Positions 8,145-16,933 of a stretch of 64,000 nucleotides of DNA are shown in pieces (position 1 is the stretch's first letter; the number at the start of each line of letters is the position of its first letter). Origin of the DNA: Anaerolinea sp. (lineage in GTDB: Bacteria > Chloroflexota > Limnocylindria > Limnocylindrales > CSP1-4). Made by a program: the position numbers and the translations under genes. The notes under the pieces were generated by a model. The model was not told the DNA's origin, did not search any database, and was given only the letters and a program-made list of their open reading frames with translations. The stretch is taken from NCBI GenBank assembly GCA_013822395.1, contig PNKK01000007.1, positions 3,104 through 67,103 on the forward strand, in the 5' to 3' direction.

Positions 8145-9767
8145 ATGCAAGGAACAACAGCCGGCAGGCCCAGGCTCTGGGTACCCGGGGACTGGAACGC
8201 GTTCTTCGGACTGGGCACGAACGTTCTGCTCAACGTGCTGGTCCTGTCGTCGCTGATGCTCTACGTCGTCGGGCTGCCGGCAGACCAGGTCTTCGGCCGA
8301 ATCCTGCCGGCACTGGCGATCGCGCTGCCGCTCGGCAACCTGTTCTATGCCTATCTCGCGTATCGGCTCGCGCAGAGGGAGGGACGGGACGACGTCGCGG
8401 CGATGCCATACGGCCCCAGCGTCCCCCACTACTTCTTCGTGACCTTCGCGATCATGCTGCCGGTCCTCGGCAAGACCGGCGACGTCGGGAAGGCCTGGGA
8501 GGCCGGCATTGCCTGGGCGTTCCTGATCGGCGTGGTCGTCCTGATCGGCGCGTTCATCGGCCCGACCATCCGGAAGTTCACGCCACGGGCGGCGATGCTC
8601 GGCACGCTGGCAGGCATCTCGGTCGCGTTCATCTCGATGAACGCCTCGTTCGAGATGTTCAACGCCGCGTGGATCTCGCTTGCCACGCTGGCCATCATCC
8701 TGCTGTCGTGGACGGCCGGCGTCCGCCTGCCGTTCGGGATCCCGGGCGGCCTCGCGGCGATCCTCGTCGGCACGGTGATCGGCTGGCTCTCCTACGCGGT
8801 CTTCGGCTGGCAGGGGCTGGACCCAACCCAGGTCGAGGATGCGTTCGGTCAGTTCGGGATCAACCTGCCCAAGCCGGGCACGGAAGTCCTCTCCGGAATG
8901 TCCGACATCCTGCCGCTGCTCGTGACGGCCATCCCCCTCGGTGTCTACAACTTCACCGAGGGCATGAACAACGTCGAGTCGGCATCGGTTGCCGGTGACA
9001 ACTACAACCTCCGCCACATCCTCCTCGCAGACGGCATCGGGGCGATCGTCGGCTCGTTCCTCGGCAGCCCGTTCCCGCCCGCCGTCTACATCGGCCACCC
9101 CGGCTGGAAGGCGGTCGGCGGTCGGATCGGCTACTCGCTCGCGACGGGCATCGTCATCTCGGCCATCTGCCTGCTCGGCCTGGTGGCACTCTTCCTGGCC
9201 GTCGTCCCGCGCGCCGCACTCTTCCCGATCCTGCTGTTCATCGGGCTCGTGATCGGCGCCCAGGCATTCCAGACGTCGAAGGCAAAGTACGCGCCGGCGA
9301 TCGTGCTGGCCCTGGTCCCGAACATCGCCCAGTGGGCGAAGACGCTCGTGGACGGCGCCCTCGGGGCGGCCGGCACCAACGCGACGACGGTGACGTACGA
9401 AGCCCTCGGCAACCAGGGCGTGCTGTACGCCGGACTGGAGCGGCTCGGGGCCGGCGCGGTTCTGTCCGGGCTGATGCTTGCCGCGATCGCGTATTTCGTA
9501 ATCAGCAGGGAATACAGCCGGGCGATCATCTACGCGCTCATCGCCGCCGGGCTGTCCCTGATCGGCCTGATCCACGATCCGGCCGGTCTGATCTTCCAGA
9601 GTGTCGATAGCACCCTCCAGATCCGGCAGCCGGAGCCAGTCTGGATCGGCTACTTGCTCGGCGCCATCGTCATCTGGACCGCCGCATGGCGCGAGGGCCA
9701 CGGGACGATGGCGGAGCTTCGCGCTGCAGTCTCGACGCCGCCGACGGCTGACGATGTAGCGATGTAG
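8145..9767 (+). CDS. Multi-pass permease, tentatively NCS2/AzgA-like nucleobase/ureide transporter
   Basis: 540 aa and highly hydrophobic with at least 10 helices. GAGGAG RBS. By-eye resemblance to xanthine/uracil-type permeases only; the family is not verified. Confidence 0.55.
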   Translation: MQGTTAGRPRLWVPGDWNAFFGLGTNVLLNVLVLSSLMLYVVGLPADQVFGRILPALAIALPLGNLFYAYLAYRLAQREGRDDVAAMPYGPSVPHYFFVTFAIMLPVLGKTGDVGKAWEAGIAWAFLIGVVVLIGAFIGPTIRKFTPRAAMLGTLAGISVAFISMNASFEMFNAAWISLATLAIILLSWTAGVRLPFGIPGGLAAILVGTVIGWLSYAVFGWQGLDPTQVEDAFGQFGINLPKPGTEVLSGMSDILPLLVTAIPLGVYNFTEGMNNVESASVAGDNYNLRHILLADGIGAIVGSFLGSPFPPAVYIGHPGWKAVGGRIGYSLATGIVISAICLLGLVALFLAVVPRAALFPILLFIGLVIGAQAFQTSKAKYAPAIVLALVPNIAQWAKTLVDGALGAAGTNATTVTYEALGNQGVLYAGLERLGAGAVLSGLMLAAIAYFVISREYSRAIIYALIAAGLSLIGLIHDPAGLIFQSVDSTLQIRQPEPVWIGYLLGAIVIWTAAWREGHGTMAELRAAVSTPPTADDVAM

Positions 9768-9776
9768 CGATGTAGC
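9753..9776 (+). repeat. 8-nt tandem repeat gatgtagc x3 spanning the permease stop codon
   Basis: Read directly: 9753-9760, 9761-9768 and 9769-9776 are identical. The in-frame TAG is at 9765-9767. Confidence 0.9.
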
Positions 9777-9888
9777 GACTTGATCGCGCCGGTCGAGGCT
9801 GTCCCCCCACTCGACCGGCCTCATCCACGCCGCGGGCGGCTCCTCCGGGATCCGCCCGCGGCATTCCCGCTCCGCACCGGAGGCCATC

Positions 9889-10281
9889 GTGTCCACGCTC
9901 CTGTTCGTCAACGGTACGCTGATGCGCGGCCTGAAGCTCAACGCCAACTTGGCTGGGGCCACGTTCCTCGGCGAGTTCCGGACCGCCCCGAAGTACCGGA
10001 TCTACTCGATCGGGGACGTCCATCCCGGGATGTTCGAGGTCGCCGACGGCGGGATCTCCGTCCCGGGCGAGCTGTACGACGTGCCGGACGAGGTCTGGGC
10101 GCGGGTCGAGGCCGGTGAGCCACCACACCTCTACCGCGGACCGGTGGAGCTGGCGGACGGCCGGGTCGTGCCGGGCATCCTCTTCCCGCGCGAGATCGCC
10201 GAGGGCGGCGGCCACCGCGATATCACCGAGTTCGGCGGCTGGCGCGAATACTGGTTCACCCGCGAGGCCGGGGCGCACTAG
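9889..10281 (+). CDS. Gamma-glutamylcyclotransferase/AIG2-like protein (fold shared with the C-terminal domain of allophanate hydrolase)
   Basis: 130 aa. GTG start preceded by GGAGG. LFVNGTLMRG...VPGELYDVPDEVW pattern of the GGCT/AIG2 family. Confidence 0.65.
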   Translation: MSTLLFVNGTLMRGLKLNANLAGATFLGEFRTAPKYRIYSIGDVHPGMFEVADGGISVPGELYDVPDEVWARVEAGEPPHLYRGPVELADGRVVPGILFPREIAEGGGHRDITEFGGWREYWFTREAGAH

Positions 10282-10541
10282 ATCAACCTGCGGCCACCCA
10301 TGGATCAGTCGCCCCCGCCACCTACTGTCCGCTCGGCGTCGCGGACACGCCGCGGCGTACGCCGTTTTCCGGCGGGCCTTGTTCCACATCGGTCCCGCCC
10401 TCATCATATGACCGACCCGATCATGTGAGCCGACCCGCTCCGATCGTGACCTCCGTCACTGTCCCTTGCCGGCGGCCCGGCGCGATCCTGATCGTGACGG
10501 CACGGATGGCCGCGTGAGCTGTCTGCCGAGGAGGTGATCAG

Positions 10542-10748
10542 ATGTCCGGCAAGGTCGGAGACCGCATCATCATCGAATCCGAGCGGGTCCGTCAGCCCGA
10601 CCGCGAGGGCGAGATCCTTGAGGTCATCGAGGCCGAGTATGGAACCCGCTACCGTGTCCGCTGGGACGACGGCCACGAGAGCACGGTCCGCCCGATCGCG
10701 GGGAGCGCCCGGATCGTCAGCGCCGCGAAGGCCCGCCGCCGCGCCTGA
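10542..10748 (+). CDS. DUF1918-family small protein
   Basis: 68 aa. GDRIIIES....REGEILEV.....YRVRWDDGHES pattern. Strong GAGGAGG RBS. Confidence 0.7.
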   Translation: MSGKVGDRIIIESERVRQPDREGEILEVIEAEYGTRYRVRWDDGHESTVRPIAGSARIVSAAKARRRA

Positions 10749-10855
10749 CCCTCTGGTACCCGCACCCGAGGGTCCTTCGGGTCCGGTATCAGTCATCGCG
10801 TGGTCCTTGGCGGGTCGCCGCGGAGGAGGAAACGCCGGCCTTCGGCCTATTTCGA

Positions 10856-11758
10856 TCAGAGCGAATACAGCAGCCCGAAGCTCATCGCGACGACCGCAAA
10901 CGCCAGACCGGCCTTGACCCATGGTGAGTTGCTCCGGTTCCATCGCCCGAGGCGGCCGAGCACGCGCCGGTCCGACACGGCGACGAGGAGGACCACGAGC
11001 GGCACGATGTAGGCGAGGTTGTAGAGGGCCAGGAGAGCGAGGCCGGTCGCGCCGCCGCCCGAGGCGTTGAGGACCGCGAGGATGTCGAGGTAGATCGCAC
11101 CGGAGCACGGCACGGTGCAGATCCCGACGAGAACGCCGGCCCCGAGCATCCCCGCGAGCCCGCCGCGCTCGATCGCCCGGTGCATCCGGCCGTGGGTGCC
11201 GGCAGGGGCTGCCATCGATGGTCCCCAGCCCGGGAAGAAAACGTCCTTGAGCATCCAGAGGGCCATCAGCAGCGCGAGGACTGCAGCGACCCGGGTCACG
11301 AGGTGATCCTGGCCGAGCCAGCCGAGGAAGCTGAACAGACCCAACCCGATGAGGAAGTACGTCACCCAGACCGCCCCGACGTAGATCGAGCCCGCGCCCA
11401 GCAGCCGGCGGCGAGCCTCGAGCGTCGGGGAACCGTCCGCGGTCACGCTGTTGACCAGCGTCAGGGTATACGTCGCGAAGAGGACGAGGAGGGCGAAGGC
11501 GCACGGGTTCAGCCCGTCGGCGACGCCCGACGCCAGCACGACCGGGACGGTCAGGCCACCGAACGCGGCCGCGTCGAACGGTGAGACCGCGATCCAGGCG
11601 GACGAGGCGAGGGCCACGAGCGCGAGCGCACCGGCGAGGACGAGCGCCGGACGCGGCACGCTCAGGACGAGCGGTGGCGCCGGCTGGAGCGATTCCGGGA
11701 TCGTCCGGTGGAGCCCATCGGGGGCGGGGTCATGGCAGGCCGGCCGCTCTCCGTTCAT
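10856..11758 (-). CDS. ccdA: CcdA/DsbD-family thiol:disulfide electron-transfer membrane protein
   Basis: 300 aa, multi-pass. DGLNPCAFALLVLF motif and a second Cys in ICTVPCSGAIY. Confidence 0.75.
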   Translation of the reverse strand: MNGERPACHDPAPDGLHRTIPESLQPAPPLVLSVPRPALVLAGALALVALASSAWIAVSPFDAAAFGGLTVPVVLASGVADGLNPCAFALLVLFATYTLTLVNSVTADGSPTLEARRRLLGAGSIYVGAVWVTYFLIGLGLFSFLGWLGQDHLVTRVAAVLALLMALWMLKDVFFPGWGPSMAAPAGTHGRMHRAIERGGLAGMLGAGVLVGICTVPCSGAIYLDILAVLNASGGGATGLALLALYNLAYIVPLVVLLVAVSDRRVLGRLGRWNRSNSPWVKAGLAFAVVAMSFGLLYSL

Positions 11759-11761
11759 CCG

Positions 11762-12307
11762 CTACCCCCTTTCCACGACGATCTTCCCGTGCATCGTCGG
11801 GTTTTCCCGGCCACCGCAGCACGTGTCGCAGTAGATGTCGTAGTCGCCCGGGGTCATCGGCGCGGTAAAGGTGACCGCGACGCGGGACTCGGACACGGCG
11901 TCCGCCCCCGGCAGCTCTACCCGGATCCCGAGCTGGTCGCTGATCATCGTGTGGACGCCACCGTCCAGGTGCCCCGAGCTATCCTGCGTCCAGAAGTCAA
12001 GCGTAACGGTCTGACCGGCGGTCACCCGGATCTCCTTGGGGGTAAATCCGGCCATCGAGGCTTGGACGCCGATCATGTCGCCGGAGGCGGCGCCGCGCTG
12101 GCCGAAGAAGTCGCCGAACGCGAGGTAGCCGCCGATCGCGAGAACGCCGACCACGACCGCGGCGAACGCGACGGGCCGGGACCGCCCACCCCGTCGCTCG
12201 ACCGCGGGGTCGTGGCGCGACCGTGGCTCGTGCCGGCCGGTCCCTCGCTCGACGGCCCGCCGCTCCCGTCGAGAGACCGGATCAGCGCATCCGTTCGTCC
12301 TGGTCAT
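11762..12307 (-). CDS. Membrane-anchored cupredoxin-like protein
   Basis: ORF 11762-12775 trimmed to the ATG at 12307 (ATGA overlap with the flavodoxin stop). It has one TM helix (VAFAAVVVGVLAIGGYLAF). This is followed by a beta-rich domain ending DYDIYCDTCCGGRENPTMHGKIVV, a Cys/His/Met ligand pattern. Confidence 0.6.
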   Translation of the reverse strand: MTRTNGCADPVSRRERRAVERGTGRHEPRSRHDPAVERRGGRSRPVAFAAVVVGVLAIGGYLAFGDFFGQRGAASGDMIGVQASMAGFTPKEIRVTAGQTVTLDFWTQDSSGHLDGGVHTMISDQLGIRVELPGADAVSESRVAVTFTAPMTPGDYDIYCDTCCGGRENPTMHGKIVVERG

Positions 12308-12804
12308 CCTCGACGACCGCCTGAGATCGTCGCGAGCTCGGCGCCCCATCGGCGAGCTCGATCGAGCTCGCCGTCGCGAAGCGGACCGAACTTCCCATCG
12401 ACGACGAAATGCTCGGCCCTGGCCAGGGGCGGATAGCCGACCTTCGTCAGCTCCCGATCGATCACCCTCGTCGCGCTGCCCGGCGACCATCGGATCTTGG
12501 TCTCGAAGGAGGCGGATCGGCCGTGGCCGGCCGGCAGCCGTTCGAGCCAGGAGCGGAGCGTCGGCGCGGACAGATCCGGTGCCGGGTTCGTGTCCGGCCT
12601 GATCCCCGCCCGCATCCGCTCCCCCGGGAGCGAGAAGCCCTGGATCGGGGCGCCGGCCACCACCAAGTCGGCGTCGGCAACCCGATCGGGCGTCGCCTCG
12701 ACCGTCGACAGGGCGCGCGCGTCGGGCCCGATCCCCTCGGCGATCGCCCGCGCGACGGCCTCGGTGTTGCCCCACAGCGATTCGTAGACGGCGACGGCCT
12801 TCAT
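12304..12804 (-). CDS. Flavodoxin-fold protein
   Basis: 166 aa. The MKAVAVYESLWGNTEAVARAIAEG N-terminus is typical of the flavodoxin family. Confidence 0.7.
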   Translation of the reverse strand: MKAVAVYESLWGNTEAVARAIAEGIGPDARALSTVEATPDRVADADLVVAGAPIQGFSLPGERMRAGIRPDTNPAPDLSAPTLRSWLERLPAGHGRSASFETKIRWSPGSATRVIDRELTKVGYPPLARAEHFVVDGKFGPLRDGELDRARRWGAELATISGGRRG

Positions 12805-12996
12805 CCGCCCACCTCCGTGCTCTACAGCGTCAGCGGCACCATCGTCGTCTCGGAGGTGCTCGCAGGGCAGGGCCGCGACGCCCGTCCTCGATGGGCCATC
12901 GTGCCTCCTTCAGGTCAGGCGAGGGGCAGCCGCCTGATGCACCCCGGGCGGCGCTCGGCGCGGGCAGCGCGGCCGGTTCGGCGCGGTCCGGCCGCC

Positions 12997-14004
12997 CTAC
13001 CTTTCCTGGATCGTGGTCGGGGCGCCGTGGATGGCCGGGATCGTCCCGAGGCGCCCCGCCTGATAATCGGCCACGGCCTGCATGAGCTCCTCGCGCGTAT
13101 TCATGACGAACGGGCCCATCCAGGCGACCGGCTCGCGGATGGGGCGGCCACCGAGGATCAGGATGTCCAGGTCCGGACTGCGAGACTCCTGCCGGCCGAT
13201 CGGCAGCGCCGAGATCGCCACGGCGTTCCCTGCGCCGAAGACCGCGAGCTGGCCCATCTGGACCGGCGCGGCCTCCGAGACGCCCGGCACCGTGGCCCCG
13301 ACGGTTCCGTACCCGGACATGACGTACACCAGCGCGTTGTAGTCGGCCCGCCACGGGATGGACAGTCGGGCGCCCGGGCTGAGCGTCGCGTGGACGAGTG
13401 TCATCGGCGTGTAGGTGGACCCGGGCCCGGCAAGGCCAGTGACGTCGCCGGCGATCACGCGGACGAGCGCGCCGCCGTCCGGCGACGTGGCGAGTGCGAC
13501 CTCGCCCGCCCGGATGTCCTGGTAGCGCGGCGCGGCGAACTTCTGGGCGGCCGGGAGGTTGACCCAGAGTTGGAAACCGTGGAAGAGCCCGCCCTTCGCG
13601 ACGAGCCATTCCGGCGGCTTCTCGATGTGGAGGATTCCGGCGCCGGCGGTCATCCACTGGGTGTCACCGTTGGTGATGACGCCGCCGCCGCCGTTTGAGT
13701 CGGCGTGCTCGAAGACCCCGTCGATCATGTAGGTGACGGTCTCGAAGCCGCGGTGGGGATGCCACGGCGTGCCCTTTGGCTCACCCGGCGCGTACTCGAC
13801 CTCGCCCATCTGGTCGAGGTGGACGAACGGGTCGAGGTCGGCGAGGTCGACGCCGGCGAACGCGCGACGGACAGGGAAGCCCTCGCCCTCGTAGCCCTTC
13901 GGGGCGATCGTGACGCTCCTGATCGGGCGCTGGCGCACCAGTACGGGATCCGGCTCCGGGATGCGGGGCAGGACGGTGATGTCGTCGACGGTAATCGCGG
14001 GCAC
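12997..14004 (-). CDS. Pirin-family protein
   Basis: 335 aa. WHPHRGFETVTYMIDGVFEHADSNGG cupin motif and a bicupin length. Confidence 0.9.
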   Translation of the reverse strand: MPAITVDDITVLPRIPEPDPVLVRQRPIRSVTIAPKGYEGEGFPVRRAFAGVDLADLDPFVHLDQMGEVEYAPGEPKGTPWHPHRGFETVTYMIDGVFEHADSNGGGGVITNGDTQWMTAGAGILHIEKPPEWLVAKGGLFHGFQLWVNLPAAQKFAAPRYQDIRAGEVALATSPDGGALVRVIAGDVTGLAGPGSTYTPMTLVHATLSPGARLSIPWRADYNALVYVMSGYGTVGATVPGVSEAAPVQMGQLAVFGAGNAVAISALPIGRQESRSPDLDILILGGRPIREPVAWMGPFVMNTREELMQAVADYQAGRLGTIPAIHGAPTTIQER

Positions 14005-14074
14005 GGAGGTGCTCCCTGACTGGCCGAGGGCCGGGTTGCTCGACGGTCTCGCCGGTCACACCCGGCGCACCTGT

Positions 14075-14096
14075 CATTTGCGTGGCTGCGCAAATG
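14075..14096. promoter_or_regulatory. Perfect 8-bp inverted repeat CATTTGCG-N6-CGCAAATG between the APC permease and pirin genes
   Basis: Read directly. It is unusually AT-rich for this genome. There is no U/T tract after it on either strand, so it looks more like an operator than a terminator. Confidence 0.3.
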
Positions 14097-14176
14097 GTTG
14101 CTCAGTCAACGACATCTGTCAAGGGCGTCCGGCGCCGCGCCGTCCTGGATCGCGTCGACGCGGCGACCGGCCACGA

Positions 14177-15832
14177 TCACTCGACCGGGATCTCGCGGTA
14201 GCTCGCCTCCAGCTTCACACCGCGACCGGCGCGGATGATCCGCGAGACTTCGAAGATCACGAGCCCGGACACGACCGTCCCCGCGGCGATGAGGAACCGG
14301 ACGACATCCTTCGTCAGGTTGCCGTCCTCGCCGGTCAGTGGCTTGAGCGCGAACCCGTCGAGGATATTGACCCCGGAGAGCGGATCGTTGAGGTATGCCC
14401 ACATCGCGACGGCCAGCGCGACGAGGCTCAGGCCGCCGACGATCGAGATCACCGGCAGGCCACCGGCCCGCCAGGCGATCGGCGACGACTCCCACATCGC
14501 CGGACGGCGGTACGGGAAGGCGATCGCCGCGATCGAGACGAGCATGAAGCTGACGATGAACGCGATGATCCCGACCAGCGTGGTGAAGTCGGGATTCGTC
14601 GCATAGACGGAGAGCGCGAGGGCGCTCATGGCGCCCACGACGGCGAGCGAGAAGACCGGCGTGTGGTAGCGGTCGCTGACCGACGCGAACCGCGCCGGCA
14701 GGATGCCGTCGAGGCCGTAGGCGAGGAGGTTCCGCGACGCGTTGAGGATCTGGCCCGGGAGCCAGGTGTAGCTCCAGAAGACGAACCCGACGCCGACGAT
14801 CAGGGCGACGAGGAGATTGCCGGAGGCGTACGCCGCGAGCTCGGAGAACGGGAGTGGGTACGGCTGGCCCAGGACATTCGAGCCGTACGGATCCCACCCG
14901 ACCGCACCAAGAAACGTGGTCCCGACTGTGCCCGAGATGAGTGCCGTCAGGACGATCGCGACGCCGACCGAGACGACCGCCGCGATCGGCATCGACCAGA
15001 GCTGGATCCGGCTTGCGCGCTTGATCTCGCCCCCGATGTATGCGGACGACTGGTTGAAGACGAGCTCGAGGTAGATCCAGGTGATCGGGATGAGCGTCCA
15101 GTAGAAGTCGGTCGGCGCCTCGCCGAAGCCGTCGCTGACCGCCGTCGCGATGACCGCCGCGTGCGTCCCGGTCAGACCGGTCGCGGGGTCCCAGAAACGG
15201 TTGAAGCTCTCGACGAAGGTTTGGCCCGAGCCCGTGAGCATCACGAGCGCGATGAGCCCCAGGCCGATGAGCGCGATCCCGAACAGGACGTTCTGGATCC
15301 GGAAGTAAACGTTGAGCCCCAGGCTGAACACCGTGACCAGCGCCGCGAGCAGGACGAGGCCGGTGATGATCGTCCCCTCGGGGGTGACGAACCAGTTGCC
15401 GATGTCGAGGAGGGTGCTGTTCCCGCCCATGAGTCCGAGGCTGCGGAAGAGCGGGCCCAGGCCGTAGCGCGCGAAGAACGCCGACGGCACGCCCCCGTAG
15501 ATGAACCACCAGACGGTGTTGATCCAACTGGACATCATCCCGAGCCGCGGACCCAGGATCCGGCTGACGTACACGTAGTCGCCGCCCGAGCGCGGCATCG
15601 CGGCGGCGAGCATGGCGAAGACGAGGCTCGTCGGCAGGACGATCGCGAGCGCGAGCAGGTAGCTGCCCGTCAGGTTTCCGCCGGGATAGAAGGCGGTCTC
15701 GAGCTGCAGGGCGAACATCATCATCAGCCCGATGCTGACGAAGTTGATGTTGTAGACGAGCGTGCTCCAGGTCCCAGCCTCACGGACGAGGCCGGTTGCC
15801 TGGCGTTGGTAGAGATCCCGACCGCTGGCCAT
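14177..15832 (-). CDS. APC-superfamily amino acid/polyamine-type permease (copy 1)
   Basis: 551 aa, about 12 helices. N-terminal QATGLVREAG..TLVYNINFVSIG and PRSGGDYVYVSR motifs of APC transporters. Confidence 0.85.
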   Translation of the reverse strand: MASGRDLYQRQATGLVREAGTWSTLVYNINFVSIGLMMMFALQLETAFYPGGNLTGSYLLALAIVLPTSLVFAMLAAAMPRSGGDYVYVSRILGPRLGMMSSWINTVWWFIYGGVPSAFFARYGLGPLFRSLGLMGGNSTLLDIGNWFVTPEGTIITGLVLLAALVTVFSLGLNVYFRIQNVLFGIALIGLGLIALVMLTGSGQTFVESFNRFWDPATGLTGTHAAVIATAVSDGFGEAPTDFYWTLIPITWIYLELVFNQSSAYIGGEIKRASRIQLWSMPIAAVVSVGVAIVLTALISGTVGTTFLGAVGWDPYGSNVLGQPYPLPFSELAAYASGNLLVALIVGVGFVFWSYTWLPGQILNASRNLLAYGLDGILPARFASVSDRYHTPVFSLAVVGAMSALALSVYATNPDFTTLVGIIAFIVSFMLVSIAAIAFPYRRPAMWESSPIAWRAGGLPVISIVGGLSLVALAVAMWAYLNDPLSGVNILDGFALKPLTGEDGNLTKDVVRFLIAAGTVVSGLVIFEVSRIIRAGRGVKLEASYREIPVE

Positions 15833-15885
15833 CTCGCTCTCCTATCTGCCCGCGGCCGGCCGACCGGCCGCGGATTCCTCCCCAC

Positions 15886-16836
15886 CTAGCCGGACACAAA
15901 CTGTTGACCGATCACCTTGCCTTTCTCGAGCGTGACGAGGACACCCTGGAGGGTCCCCTCCCCGTAGGTGCTCCCGGGGTTGATCACGACCGTTCGTCCG
16001 ATCCGCCCGGCCGCCTTCGACTCGTGGATGTGACCGTGGAGCGACAGGACGGGCTGGACGAGTTCGATCGCCGCGCGCACGGCCGTGCTGCCGACCGGCT
16101 CGACGAGCGGCTGGCCACCCCCGGACTCGACTCGCAGGTCGGCCGTCAGCTTGAGTGCCAGGTCGAGCCCGGAACCGTGGGGTGGATCGTGGAGGTTGAA
16201 GATCGTGGGCTGCCCCGGCACGAGCTGAGTGACGAGCTCATCGAGGGCCGAGGCCATCCCATCCTCGGTGACCTCCCGCGGACTGTGCCAGGGCGTCGAC
16301 GTGGAGTAGCCATAGCTGACGACCTGGTACCCCTCGAGCTCAACTCGGCGGCCCTCCGCGTCCACGATCCAGTCGCCCTGGGCGAGAAGCGACCTGATCA
16401 TCGGTTCGTCGTCGTTGCCGGGCATCATCAGGGCTGGAATGCCGGCCTTCCGAAGCCGCTCATCGGCAAGCGTGACCCAGCGCTCGGCCGTCTCGGTCAT
16501 GACTCGGCTGAAGGCCGCCTTGAGCTCGCCCGGGTCGGCGAGTCCCGCGGCATCGTCCGGGGTGGTCCGAAGCGGGTAGAACCCGTTCGTCCGGATCCGG
16601 TCCTCGAGCTCGTCCAGTCCGGTGCCGGCCTCAACCTCGTGGACCCGCCCGAAGAGGGTGGCCCGGAATCGGCCCGGCGCGACCTCGACGATGGGGACGA
16701 GGGCCTTGCCCGTGATGTCGCCACCAAAGATCACGGCATCCGCGCCGTAGAACGGGGCAGCGCTGAGGAACTTGCGGAAGACGCGCTCGGATCCATGAAT
16801 GTCCGACGCGAAGAAGATCGTCAGGCGGCTCTTCAC
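15886..16836 (-). CDS. Calcineurin-like metallophosphoesterase (copy 1)
   Basis: 316 aa, GTG start. Motifs SDIHGS, GGDITGK, MPGNDD and LHGHIHES. No signal peptide. Confidence 0.8.
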   Translation of the reverse strand: MKSRLTIFFASDIHGSERVFRKFLSAAPFYGADAVIFGGDITGKALVPIVEVAPGRFRATLFGRVHEVEAGTGLDELEDRIRTNGFYPLRTTPDDAAGLADPGELKAAFSRVMTETAERWVTLADERLRKAGIPALMMPGNDDEPMIRSLLAQGDWIVDAEGRRVELEGYQVVSYGYSTSTPWHSPREVTEDGMASALDELVTQLVPGQPTIFNLHDPPHGSGLDLALKLTADLRVESGGGQPLVEPVGSTAVRAAIELVQPVLSLHGHIHESKAAGRIGRTVVINPGSTYGEGTLQGVLVTLEKGKVIGQQFVSG

Positions 16837-16933
16837 CGGTCTCCCGCCCCGTCGCGCTGCCGGACACGGCGTGTGCCGCGCCGGCCTGCCCGGTCGCCGA
16901 GGTCGCCCTGGCCAACGGCACCCTCCCCCCCGG

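Noticed and set aside
10282-10541. 260-nt gap with short direct repeats (ATGACCGACCCGATCATGTGAGCCGACCCG) upstream of the DUF1918 gene, as a possible ncRNA
   Set aside because: There are only short imperfect repeats and no convincing stem-loops. It is most simply a promoter/5'-UTR region.
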